From: a virus
Taxonomy: Duplodnaviria; Caudoviricetes
DNA: 50,733 nt
Strand: one strand, 5' to 3'
IMG/VR virus record: IMGVR_UViG_3300005512_000048
Span: 1-50,733 of that record
Below, in pieces: positions 36,707 through 44,722 of this stretch. The stretch's first letter is position 1, and each line of letters starts with the position of its first letter. The translations under genes were made by a program, and so were the position numbers. The notes under the pieces are model-generated. The model saw nothing but the letters and a program-made list of their open reading frames with translations. It made no database searches and was not told the origin of the DNA.

Positions 36707-36952
36707 TCACCACAACGGCACTGTCCAGTCGCGCCCGCTCGCGTATTTGCGGCGCTTCCTGGGCTTGACTTTGGCCCGCTTCGGCTTACGCGGCTTCTCG
36801 ATGGACGTGCTCGGGGTGCCCTCGTAGAACGCCTTGCCGGCCGCGTTGGCGCGCTGTATCTGCTCCAGAAGGCGCTTGCGGGCATGTGGCCGCATTGCCG
36901 CCAGGTTGGAGAGGTAGGCGCGAGTTGCTTCCTGGACGCGCGGATCTGTCAT
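36707..36952 (-). CDS. Basic hypothetical protein
   Basis: 81 aa from ATG 36952 overlapping upstream stop. Confidence 0.6.
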   Translation of the reverse strand: MTDPRVQEATRAYLSNLAAMRPHARKRLLEQIQRANAAGKAFYEGTPSTSIEKPRKPKRAKVKPRKRRKYASGRDWTVPLW

Positions 36953-37260
36953 ATCGCCCGCCATACGATCGCCTTGCGTGTGCTCACCGCGTTCTCGCGC
37001 CGGAGGCCGGTGTCAACCACCTTGCGCTGCCGGGCCAGCTCGGTCACGCGCGGACGGACGGCCAGGATCGATTCACCAATGGACGCCGCGAGCTCATCTG
37101 CAGTCTGCGGGCCTCTATGGAGGAGGGTGCGGTAACACCGCTCCCGCAGGGTCGGGGCCTTCGGCTCCATAGCGACCGCGGCCTCTGCGGAGGTCTGGCG
37201 GTACTTGTAGCCGGGCCGGTCGGGGTACTCGGTGAATAGGCTGGTTTGTAGGGCGTTCAT
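36949..37260 (-). CDS. Winged-helix DNA-binding protein
   Basis: TADELAASIGESILAVRPRVTEL..VVDTG.RR; AAGGA RBS. Confidence 0.75.
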   Translation of the reverse strand: MNALQTSLFTEYPDRPGYKYRQTSAEAAVAMEPKAPTLRERCYRTLLHRGPQTADELAASIGESILAVRPRVTELARQRKVVDTGLRRENAVSTRKAIVWRAI

Positions 37261-37330
37261 CTCAGTCCTTCCTGCTTTCTGCGGTGCTCGTCAGGCGGGA
37301 GCTGCTGCAGTGGGAGGGCGAGCTGGTTCA

Positions 37331-37519
37331 TCAGAACAACTCCATCTGTCTCTCGATGTCCACGTACGCCACCTCGGCCGGCCAGCCTCCACATTCAGGG
37401 CATAGCGTCATCCCGGGCCGCTCTCGGGTGCCCAGAACTGTGCCGCCGAGCCTGAAATCCCACATAAAGCCGCAGTTCAGGCACTTGGCAGGGCCGGGCT
37501 CGATCGTACGTTCGCTCAT
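37331..37519 (-). CDS. Small Zn-ribbon protein
   Basis: CLNC...CPEC, 62 aa. Confidence 0.55.
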   Translation of the reverse strand: MSERTIEPGPAKCLNCGFMWDFRLGGTVLGTRERPGMTLCPECGGWPAEVAYVDIERQMELF

Positions 37520-37692
37520 CCGAACCGTCCTATCGCCTTGAATTGCCTGTCGCACGCACACACGGCACAGAACATCGTCTTGATATGACCCGCCTTCCGC
37601 TTGCGCTTGGAGCTGCGCGTCACGCGCCAGATCGTCCCGCAGACAGGGCAGCGGTGCGGGGCGCAGCGGGCGCCATGCGTTCTACGAGGCAT
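37516..37692 (-). CDS. Small basic Zn-ribbon protein
   Basis: CPVC...GHIKTMFCAVC; start uncertain. Confidence 0.5.
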   Translation of the reverse strand: MPRRTHGARCAPHRCPVCGTIWRVTRSSKRKRKAGHIKTMFCAVCACDRQFKAIGRFG

Positions 37693-37817
37693 CGGCCTTT
37701 CCCTTCCGGGCCTCGTTGGCCTCCGCCTGCTCGGCCTTGAGCCTCGGCGCATCCTTGTGCTTGCCGTAAGCCCCGGGCACGCTGCAGTTGCGGCCCTTGC
37801 GACTGGACCACCGGCCC

Positions 37818-38063
37818 TCATTTCCGGGCTTGCTCAGCTTCGATCTGTTTCCCATCCGGCCTATCCTCCGTTGTCTGGTTCTTGTGGCTGATCATGCTGC
37901 ACCGCACCCAGGGCTTTCCGCACTCCGGGCAGGTCTGGCGGGCCACCGATCCAGGGCAGTACCACTCGTGTCTGTTCGGGCACCCGAGATATACGCCGCT
38001 GGTGTCGCTGATCCGCGTGTGGGTATCGCCCGGGCCTTGCCGCTTCTTTGGTATGCGGATCAT
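37818..38063 (-). CDS. Small Zn-ribbon protein
   Basis: CPNRHEW...CPECG. Confidence 0.55.
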   Translation of the reverse strand: MIRIPKKRQGPGDTHTRISDTSGVYLGCPNRHEWYCPGSVARQTCPECGKPWVRCSMISHKNQTTEDRPDGKQIEAEQARK

Positions 38064-38422
38064 CAGAACTCCAGGTCATCTTCCGGGTCGTCCGGATCTT
38101 CATCCTCACACTGCTCGTCATTGGCGCAGTAGTCTTCCGGGATCCGCTTGGGCTCCGGCAGCTCATACCGTGACACCGGCTGAGGGATGCTCAGGCCGCC
38201 CGCCTTCCGAGCCAGTTCCTCCGTGGTCGGCGTCATGCAGTAGACCGACGAGGGGCTGTAGAATTGCGTCAGGGTCGGCGTCTCGGCGTCGCCCTCATAG
38301 ACGTCGATCCTCAGCATCCCCGCCCCGCCGATCTCCTGCTCCTGCAGGTATCCGACCAGGCGTCGGTGTCCCATCAGCTCAAGCACCACCCACTCCGCAA
38401 ACTGTCCGTTCGTCTCGCTCAT
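38063..38422 (-). CDS. Conserved phage hypothetical protein
   Basis: WVVLELMGHRRLVG...LRIDV...YCMTP; acidic tail. Confidence 0.75.
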   Translation of the reverse strand: MSETNGQFAEWVVLELMGHRRLVGYLQEQEIGGAGMLRIDVYEGDAETPTLTQFYSPSSVYCMTPTTEELARKAGGLSIPQPVSRYELPEPKRIPEDYCANDEQCEDEDPDDPEDDLEF

Positions 38423-39276
38423 GCCAGCGCCTCCCTCAGTGTCCGCCCGTGGCGTTTGATGATCTTCTCCCGTGCGTCCTGCTCGATCTGCCGCACCCGC
38501 TCACGCGTGATGCCCATCTCGTCGCCCAGGTCTCTCAGGGTGGCCGGCTCGCCACCATCCAGGCCGTTGTGACGTACCAGAATCGCCCACTGGCGCTCGG
38601 ACAGCCCTTCCGACACCTGTTTCAGGAGCCGGGACACGTCACTTTCGGCCATCGCCTCATCCGGCATTGTGGCGCTCTCGTCCGGCAGCCGGTCAGACAG
38701 CACCTGGCCCACCTCGTCGTCTATGGGCTCATCGAACCGGGCGTTGCGCACCGGCCCCTGCTCACGGACACGATCGAGCTTTTCTGCCGTCCACTCGTGC
38801 TCGAGCTCTGGACCGTTCAAGGCGTCGACCAGTTCTCCGTCTGTCGGCTCGCGCTCCAGCGCCATCCGCAGGGCGTCTTGGGTGGCCACAATGGCCCCAA
38901 GGTCGTGGAGGAGACTATGCGCCCGCCTGACGGTGTGGCTCTCGTCCTGGGCCCGTCGCACAGCCTGCCGGATCCACCACACGGCATAGGTGATGAACCT
39001 GAACCCCTTGCTCGGGTCAAACCGCTTGGCCGCCTCTACGAGCCCCAGGTTGGCCTCGGCAACGGCATCCTGTGGCGTGATATGACCCCGCGTCTTGTGC
39101 ATCTCCATCGCGATCTGCACGGCGAACCGCAGGCTCCCCTCAATCATCCGCTGGCGGATCTTGGACCGATTCCTCGGCTTGTCCCAGCCTTTGAGGAGTT
39201 CTGTCTCCTCCTCGCGTCCCATGATCGGGTAGCGGCGGATGATGGAGCCATATGTCTCTATCTCGTGGCTGTGCAT
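38419..39276 (-). CDS. RpoD/SigA-type sigma factor lacking region 1.1
   Basis: 285 aa; region 1.2-like YPIMGREEE, region 2 LGLVEAAKRFDPSKGFRFITYAVWWIRQA, region 3 LEREPT, region 4 TLRDLGDEMGITRERVRQIE. Confidence 0.93.
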   Translation of the reverse strand: MHSHEIETYGSIIRRYPIMGREEETELLKGWDKPRNRSKIRQRMIEGSLRFAVQIAMEMHKTRGHITPQDAVAEANLGLVEAAKRFDPSKGFRFITYAVWWIRQAVRRAQDESHTVRRAHSLLHDLGAIVATQDALRMALEREPTDGELVDALNGPELEHEWTAEKLDRVREQGPVRNARFDEPIDDEVGQVLSDRLPDESATMPDEAMAESDVSRLLKQVSEGLSERQWAILVRHNGLDGGEPATLRDLGDEMGITRERVRQIEQDAREKIIKRHGRTLREALA

Positions 39277-39361
39277 GGAAATCTCCCTGTGCTGGTGTCG
39301 CCCGGGCCCCCGCGCTAGGAGGCAACCTCCTTTCGTGTGAAACGGGGACCCGGGCAAAATG

Positions 39362-40123
39362 TCAGAAGGGTAGGTCGTCGTCACCTGTGGAGTCCGGGTG
39401 CGATGTGCCGGCAGGCACCGGTGGCTTGGTAGGCGGTCCGGACATGCCCAGCAGGGCGCGGGCGGCGTCCAGCATCTTCTCGGTGGGTGGCTTCTTGGCG
39501 TGCCCGATGGCGATGTGTATGCCTAAAGCCCGGACATCTTCAGCAGAAAAATCGGTTACCAGGAGGTCAGAGAGCAGGAGCCGTTCGGCGAGCTTGAACG
39601 AGCGGATCAGGTGGGCGCAGTGGTTGACGTAGCACTCCCCGACGTCGAGGCGGCCATTGCCGTTGGTGTACCCGTTCGTGGGCGGGGCAGCTGGTGGAGA
39701 CTCTGGCGGGCTGCCCTGTGGAGCACTGTCGGCTTCCTCGCCGCCCCCGGCGTCGCCCTGGACCCCTGCGGCGTCCTCTGCGGCACGTAGCGCCTCAAAT
39801 GCGGCATCCAGGCAGTCGGCAGAGTTGATCTCCTTCTCGCCGTTGCTTAGCGTCCATATGACCTTTCGGCCGTCCTGGGGATCTTCGAGCTTGGCGATCT
39901 CCAGCGTCTGCCCTGCCTGCAGCGGCAGGAACTGGATCAGCGCGTGCAGGGTCGGGGTTGCGAACAACGGGCGCTGAACGCCATCCCCATCCACGACGCC
40001 GTAGAAATAGCTGTCGCCGAACTCCTCGTGGGTGTGCTTCTTTGCGGTGGCATAGCGGAATTTCAGCCGCTGCGGGATGTTGGTGCGGAACTTCACCTTT
40101 TCAGGTCTGTCCTCGTCGGCCAT
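39362..40123 (-). CDS. Putative ssDNA-binding/annealing protein
   Basis: OB-like N-terminus and SSB-type acidic tail DDDLPF; GGGAGG RBS. Confidence 0.55.
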   Translation of the reverse strand: MADEDRPEKVKFRTNIPQRLKFRYATAKKHTHEEFGDSYFYGVVDGDGVQRPLFATPTLHALIQFLPLQAGQTLEIAKLEDPQDGRKVIWTLSNGEKEINSADCLDAAFEALRAAEDAAGVQGDAGGGEEADSAPQGSPPESPPAAPPTNGYTNGNGRLDVGECYVNHCAHLIRSFKLAERLLLSDLLVTDFSAEDVRALGIHIAIGHAKKPPTEKMLDAARALLGMSGPPTKPPVPAGTSHPDSTGDDDLPF

Positions 40124-40213
40124 GACGCGCCTCCCTTCGGTAGATCGGGCGCCCCCACTGGCGAGGTGGCAAAGGCCGGGAGGGGTAGCCGGGCGCCCAT
40201 CAACCTCCCCGTT

Positions 40214-40278
40214 TTAGCGATATGCTAAATATAGGGTACTGTTTTGGACAGCGCAACCATTATTTTGCTATTTGCGAA
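40214..40278 (-). promoter_or_regulatory. Operator-flanked promoter of the SSB-like/sigma operon
   Basis: TTGCGC-N17-TATATT with operators at 40214-40228 and 40264-40278. Confidence 0.75.
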
Positions 40279-40297
40279 TAATAGTCGCTGGAAATGT

Positions 40298-40480
40298 GGA
40301 CCACCGGAGCCACCGGCCTGCGACAAACGACCTCCCCACGAGCAGGCGCGTCCTGGCATTGGGGCAATGCGGCGCGCGTCTCCCCTTGCTTACACACGCC
40401 GCGTTTCAGCCCCGCTCCGGCAGGACGGCCCTGAATCGCTGTCGCATTGCGGCCGGCTTCCCCTTGGGCTCCGGTGGTCC
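40298..40480 (-). ncRNA. 183-nt rod-shaped structured RNA (6S-RNA-like dimensions)
   Basis: Nested helices of 14, 6, 7, 7, 5 and 11 bp; non-Watson-Crick positions are G:U on the minus strand; intergenic. Confidence 0.6.
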
Positions 40481-41251
40481 TCATGCTGTCACCCGGGCAG
40501 CTTCGCGCTGCGCCCGGATCCTGCGTGTGATCAACCCCTCGAACATATCGTGGTGTGGGTGTTTCCTGAGATCTTCACCATCCTGGCCGTTCAGGATGCT
40601 CTCGGCGAGGGCCCACCGCTCCCGCATGTGCCAGGCCGGGTTCTCATCGGCCATCGACCACAGGTCGGGAATCCGTGCCGGGTGCCTCTCTCTTATCCAT
40701 GAAACAAACCCCTCCCAGCAGGGTAGGGGTTGTGTGTTCAGGTGCGGCTCGGCAACGCAGTAGCGGGCGACCTCCGTCATCTCCGGATCACCGTCAAACG
40801 TATGGCGGATGCAGAGCGCCAGGAGGATGTTGTTGTCATAAGCCTCCACCAGGTCACGTGGGTTCACTCCGGGCAGCTGAAGCCCAAGGGTGCGCCATCC
40901 GTTCGGGAGGAACCGCGTCTGGTCGAACGTCACCCGCTCGAGGTTCGCGCCCCGCATCCAGGTGTGGAACCCGACCTCAGCGCCGGCGAGGTTTGCTCGC
41001 TCAAGGTTGGCGCCCGTGAGGTCCCAATGGTCCATCACGGCCCCCTCGAGGTTGGCGCCCCTCAAGTCGGCGCAGCGCAGGTCCACCTGGCTGCCGGTGC
41101 ATTTGCTCAGGTCCGCGCCTCTTAAGTCTGCGCCGATCAGGCCCCAGCCTGTGAGGTCTTCGTGCCTGAGCATCCGACTGCCCCGCCAGTCGGAATAGGG
41201 TGCGCAGCGCGCCTTCCCCAGGACGTTGATTCTCCGTATGTGGTTGCCCAT
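40481..41251 (-). CDS. Pentapeptide-repeat protein
   Basis: ADLRG/ANLEG repeats; ATG 41251 with GGGAGG RBS. Confidence 0.85.
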   Translation of the reverse strand: MGNHIRRINVLGKARCAPYSDWRGSRMLRHEDLTGWGLIGADLRGADLSKCTGSQVDLRCADLRGANLEGAVMDHWDLTGANLERANLAGAEVGFHTWMRGANLERVTFDQTRFLPNGWRTLGLQLPGVNPRDLVEAYDNNILLALCIRHTFDGDPEMTEVARYCVAEPHLNTQPLPCWEGFVSWIRERHPARIPDLWSMADENPAWHMRERWALAESILNGQDGEDLRKHPHHDMFEGLITRRIRAQREAARVTA

Positions 41252-41288
41252 GCTGCCCTCCCGACCTTGCTGAGCCGCTATAAACCAA

Positions 41289-41546
41289 TCATTCCTTTGC
41301 AGCCTGCGCCGACGTAGCTTCACACAGTCGGCGGTGTCCCGCCCTCGCCTCGGCGCCAATGTTGTAGTAGACCTCGAGCTCGTCAGCATACGCCGCCACG
41401 GCCGCCTCAAGGGCACCGGTCACAAACTCTTTTTTCTTGCACCCCTCCCAGTCCATCACAACGGCCATATCTGTGCTCAGCCTGCGCGGGATATCTACAG
41501 TGAGTGTCACTTCTTCAGCGAGGAACCTAAGCGCTCGTTTCGGCAT
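41289..41546 (-). CDS. Ribbon-helix-helix-like protein
   Basis: TLTVDIPRRL...KKEFVTGALE pattern. Confidence 0.5.
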   Translation of the reverse strand: MPKRALRFLAEEVTLTVDIPRRLSTDMAVVMDWEGCKKKEFVTGALEAAVAAYADELEVYYNIGAEARAGHRRLCEATSAQAAKE

Positions 41547-41639
41547 GTCGGCCTTCTCCCCTGAGTAGGCGCGTTGTTGGATCCCGTTACCGGGTGTCAC
41601 CCCTGGCACCCGGTAACGGGCAGGAGATCCGCAAGGAGG

Positions 41640-41792
41640 TCAGAAGCGGATCAATGACTCCAGGTCGATCGCCAGCAAGGAGGTCCACACCAATGCATAG
41701 ACCAGGTAAACCAGCCATTTTGCGGCCCGTTGCCGCGGAGTCTCCCAGTGACGCAAGTCTGTGCCGCACTTCCTGCATAGGGGTCCGTTCAC
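41640..41792 (-). CDS. Small membrane protein
   Basis: GTG start with GGGAGG RBS; CRKC then one TM segment. Confidence 0.5.
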   Translation of the reverse strand: MNGPLCRKCGTDLRHWETPRQRAAKWLVYLVYALVWTSLLAIDLESLIRF

Positions 41793-41953
41793 AGCGGCGC
41801 CTCCCATCCCTCGAACTGCGCACGGTCCACAATGGCGCGCAGCTCCTCCTGGGCTTTGTGGTAGAGGTCCGCGAGCAGGTCCCCGTGTGCCTCCCATGTG
41901 CGGATCAGCCGGAGCAGGATCTCGGAGCGGTCAGACAACGTGGTACTTGACAT
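41789..41953 (-). CDS. 54-aa hypothetical protein
   Basis: GAGGAGG RBS; MSSTTLSDRSEILLRLIRTWE...; below ORF-track cutoff. Confidence 0.55.
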   Translation of the reverse strand: MSSTTLSDRSEILLRLIRTWEAHGDLLADLYHKAQEELRAIVDRAQFEGWEAPL

Positions 41954-41966
41954 GGATCTCACCTCC

Positions 41967-42161
41967 TCACACTTCGGCCAGGTGTTCGGCCAGGCTCTTT
42001 TCCGTGTTGGCCCTCACGTAGGCCTCCACGCGGGAGACCAGCACCCGCTTGCTGCCGCCCAGGCGGGTGGCGCCGATCTCATCCATCAGCCGGTAGGCTG
42101 TGGCGCGGCTGACGCCCCAGGCATTCTGCAGGTCGGTCGGTCCCAGGGTTCTCTCGAGCAT
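41967..42161 (-). CDS. Excisionase-like HTH protein
   Basis: 64 aa; WGVSRATAYRL...RLGGSKRV. Confidence 0.7.
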   Translation of the reverse strand: MLERTLGPTDLQNAWGVSRATAYRLMDEIGATRLGGSKRVLVSRVEAYVRANTEKSLAEHLAEV

Positions 42162-42261
42162 TGTCTGCCTCGGTCGGTGATGGTATCTTGTGTGTGGCCG
42201 ACGTCATGTCGGCGTGTGCAGGCCCGGGGTCTCTCTGGCGAGGGATCACCCCGGGCCTTTT

Positions 42262-42588
42262 TCAGTACGCCCAGCCGTACAGCATCTGCTTGCGGTTCTC
42301 GGTGTCGAACAGCTTGTACAAAGTCCCTGTGCGCTCAGCCTCACCAAACGACCGCGGCACGGCCGCATGGGCATGACCGTTCTGCGGTACTGGTCGCGGT
42401 GCCATCTCCTGGCCGATCTGCTCCTCCTTCAGGCGCAGGCGTTCCTCCCACCGCTGGATGCTGGCCCGGTAGATATTCCGATGTCCTTCCGGGCATAAGG
42501 CGAGGCCATGCCGGGCCTCGTCGAGGGCCTGCTGGATCTGGCCCGCTTCCCACCGCAGGTAGTCAACCGGCTGCTCCCAGGCGGTCAC
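42262..42588 (-). CDS. Hypothetical protein
   Basis: 108 aa coupled to upstream gene. Confidence 0.6.
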   Translation of the reverse strand: MTAWEQPVDYLRWEAGQIQQALDEARHGLALCPEGHRNIYRASIQRWEERLRLKEEQIGQEMAPRPVPQNGHAHAAVPRSFGEAERTGTLYKLFDTENRKQMLYGWAY

Positions 42589-42995
42589 TTTGCACCTCGC
42601 GCCAGTTCCTCACGACGTACGGCGCGCAGGGCATCAAGGCGTCGGATCCTGTGGCCGATCGGGTGGCGGTCCAACCAGGAGCCAAACTCGCAGCAGAGGT
42701 CGCAGGTCTCGCGGCGGGTGCAGGCCTCGTAATGCTCAACTACGGACACCCACCAGCCATAGACCTCATCGTGGTCCGGCATAATGCCGTCCACGGGCTG
42801 CGGGTCGTGGCGCCTGTGGACCTCGTCGTATATCTCCATCGGGATCAGGTCGCGAGGGTTGACGGTGATGGGTTCGACCTGCTCGATCGGCTGATAAGCC
42901 TCGCGGGTGATGGCGGCCTCGTAATCGCGGCCGGCGAAGAAGCCGGGCCACTGGCTGGTCGCGCGGACGGCTCTCGGAGCGCTGTGTGCGTTCAT
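42585..42995 (-). CDS. Hypothetical protein
   Basis: 136 aa, GGGAGGT RBS. Confidence 0.65.
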   Translation of the reverse strand: MNAHSAPRAVRATSQWPGFFAGRDYEAAITREAYQPIEQVEPITVNPRDLIPMEIYDEVHRRHDPQPVDGIMPDHDEVYGWWVSVVEHYEACTRRETCDLCCEFGSWLDRHPIGHRIRRLDALRAVRREELARGAK

Positions 42996-43022
42996 CTGTT
43001 ACCTCCCTGGTTGTTGGTGCGG

Positions 43023-43220
43023 TCAGGCGACGGCGGGCTCTGGATAGAGCAGCTCGTCCCGTGTCACCTGGCCGTTGCAGGCCTCGGCGATCCGGGCCGC
43101 CACGGGCGGCGAGGGCCGTCTGTGGCCGTTGGCGATCTGCGACAGGTAGGGCACCGACACGCCAGCGGCGGCGGCGACCTCCCGGAGCTTATTGTCCTGC
43201 AGGTATTCCTTGAGCGTCAT
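43023..43220 (-). CDS. cro: Cro-like HTH repressor
   Basis: 65 aa; VAAAAGVSVPYLSQIANGHRRPS; divergent from repressor. Confidence 0.85.
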   Translation of the reverse strand: MTLKEYLQDNKLREVAAAAGVSVPYLSQIANGHRRPSPPVAARIAEACNGQVTRDELLYPEPAVA

Positions 43221-43245
43221 GGCTGATCCTTTCTGTTGGGTGGAT

Positions 43246-43358
43246 TTAGCGTTGTGCTAACAATATAACCACAAAAAGAGCCCCAGGCAAGTAAAATTTA
43301 GCGAGGGGCAAAACCTCTTTATCTATAGGTGCTTAGATGTATATTAGCTCTATGCTAA
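43246..43358. promoter_or_regulatory. Lysis/lysogeny switch region with three operators
   Basis: Operators at 43246-43260, 43298-43312, 43344-43358; leftward TTGCCT-N17-TATATT; rightward TATATT just before ATG 43352. Confidence 0.8.
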
Positions 43359-43756
43359 ACAAGAACAGCACGCCGAAACTTGGCCCACGCATCAAGGCTC
43401 TCCGCAAGGATCGGAAGATCCCGGCGACCGACGTGGCAAAGGCGCTGAACATCAGCCGCGCCTACTACTCACAGCTGGAGTCTGACGACAGGCCGTGGAA
43501 GGCCGCGCACCTGGTCGTCGTGGCAAAGTGCCTGGGCCTCCCAGTCGGCGACCTTTACGCCGACAAAGCTCCGGCGGGCCAGGTCGAGTTCCTGCCCGGG
43601 GTGCACATCCCGCGTGAGGTCGCCGAGGACCTGGGGGCTATATGTTCCAAGCCCGAAGGCCTTGCTCTGTTCCGCGAGTTCCTGGCGACGGTCAAGACCG
43701 GCGATGCCTCAGCCACCGAGGCCATACAGTCGCTGCTCAAGGCGGTCCGTCGCTAG
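43337..43756 (+). CDS. XRE-family immunity repressor without S24 peptidase domain
   Basis: LGPRIKALRK..VAKALNISRAYYSQLE; at most 139 aa; likely leaderless start at 43352. Confidence 0.85.
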   Translation: MYISSMLNKNSTPKLGPRIKALRKDRKIPATDVAKALNISRAYYSQLESDDRPWKAAHLVVVAKCLGLPVGDLYADKAPAGQVEFLPGVHIPREVAEDLGAICSKPEGLALFREFLATVKTGDASATEAIQSLLKAVRR

Positions 43757-44184
43757 ATCAGGAGCTCCGGCTGGCTGTCGGCGACCAGGGAGCAGAACAT
43801 CTGCAGATGACATGGCAGCCACGGGTGGTCACGCATCTCAGCGTCCAAGGATGCCCGCCTGGCGGCGTTCAGGCCGATCTGGTGTCGAATGTCTCTGTAC
43901 GGATCGTGTGCAGCGACGATGGCTGTCCTGGGATCCGCCGTGGAGTCCACGCGCAAATCACAGAGGATCGGCCCGTTGTGCTTTGATCGCAGGAACCGAC
44001 TGCGCCGCCCCGTCGTGCCGATCGGTACAACAGGCGGCCCGTCACCAGCCATCAGGTCGTGCAGAGTCATGTGGAGGTAGTCGTCCCGTGACCACCCCAG
44101 CAGTGCCGTTGCCCCCACGTTGGTATCTACATACTGTCCATCTGCATCTGCCGCAAACCACGCCGCCCGCAGGTCATGGATCAC
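43753..44184 (-). CDS. Stand-alone PAS-domain protein
   Basis: AWFAADADGQYVDTNVGATALLGWSRDDYLHMTLHDL matches the PAS core pattern; GGGGAG RBS; stop overlaps repressor stop. Confidence 0.7.
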   Translation of the reverse strand: MIHDLRAAWFAADADGQYVDTNVGATALLGWSRDDYLHMTLHDLMAGDGPPVVPIGTTGRRSRFLRSKHNGPILCDLRVDSTADPRTAIVAAHDPYRDIRHQIGLNAARRASLDAEMRDHPWLPCHLQMFCSLVADSQPELLI

Positions 44185-44383
44185 AGACTCCCCGGCTTTC
44201 TGCCCCCCCCCTCAATGGAGTTGGACCGCTACGCCCCGACCACGTTTTACTCTCCGGCGCGGTATGCATTTCACCCCCGTGCCGGCCTGCCCACGGCGCT
44301 CTGACCAGTGCCGTGGGCCTTACGCTACTCGCCAAATGTATGCAACTCGCTAACAGTTTCCAAACAGAAATGAGGAGGATCGG

Positions 44384-44722
44384 ATGCCTTTCCTGATCCT
44401 GTGGGTTCTGTGTGGGATCGCGGCGGCGGCAATCGCCAGCAGTCGCGGTGCCAGCGGCCTTGTGTGGTTTGTGGCCGGCGCGGTGTTCGGACCGATCGGC
44501 CTGGCACTCGCGTTCTCATCGGGCGCCTGCTGCCCGTTCTGCCGGTCGGCCATCCACCTCAAGGCGACGGTCTGCCCGAAGTGTACGCGTGAGCTGCCGC
44601 CGGTGGAGAAAACAGAGGAAGCGCCTCCGCATGAAATCTCCGGCAAGGGATTGGTGATCATCTTGGCCGTGGTGATTGTGGGCATTGCCGCCCTGACGCT
44701 GGCCTACGTGCTGGGTACTTGA
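44384..44722 (+). CDS. Membrane protein with Zn ribbon (possible superinfection exclusion)
   Basis: Two N-terminal TMs, CPFC...CPKC, C-terminal TM; GAGGAGG RBS; coupled to integrase. Confidence 0.7.
   Translation: MPFLILWVLCGIAAAAIASSRGASGLVWFVAGAVFGPIGLALAFSSGACCPFCRSAIHLKATVCPKCTRELPPVEKTEEAPPHEISGKGLVIILAVVIVGIAALTLAYVLGT

Noticed and set aside
40260-40484. 74-aa ORF over the rod-shaped element
   Set aside because: No motif, it runs into an operator, and the nested pairing explains the sequence better; not fully excluded because its ATG overlaps the upstream stop.
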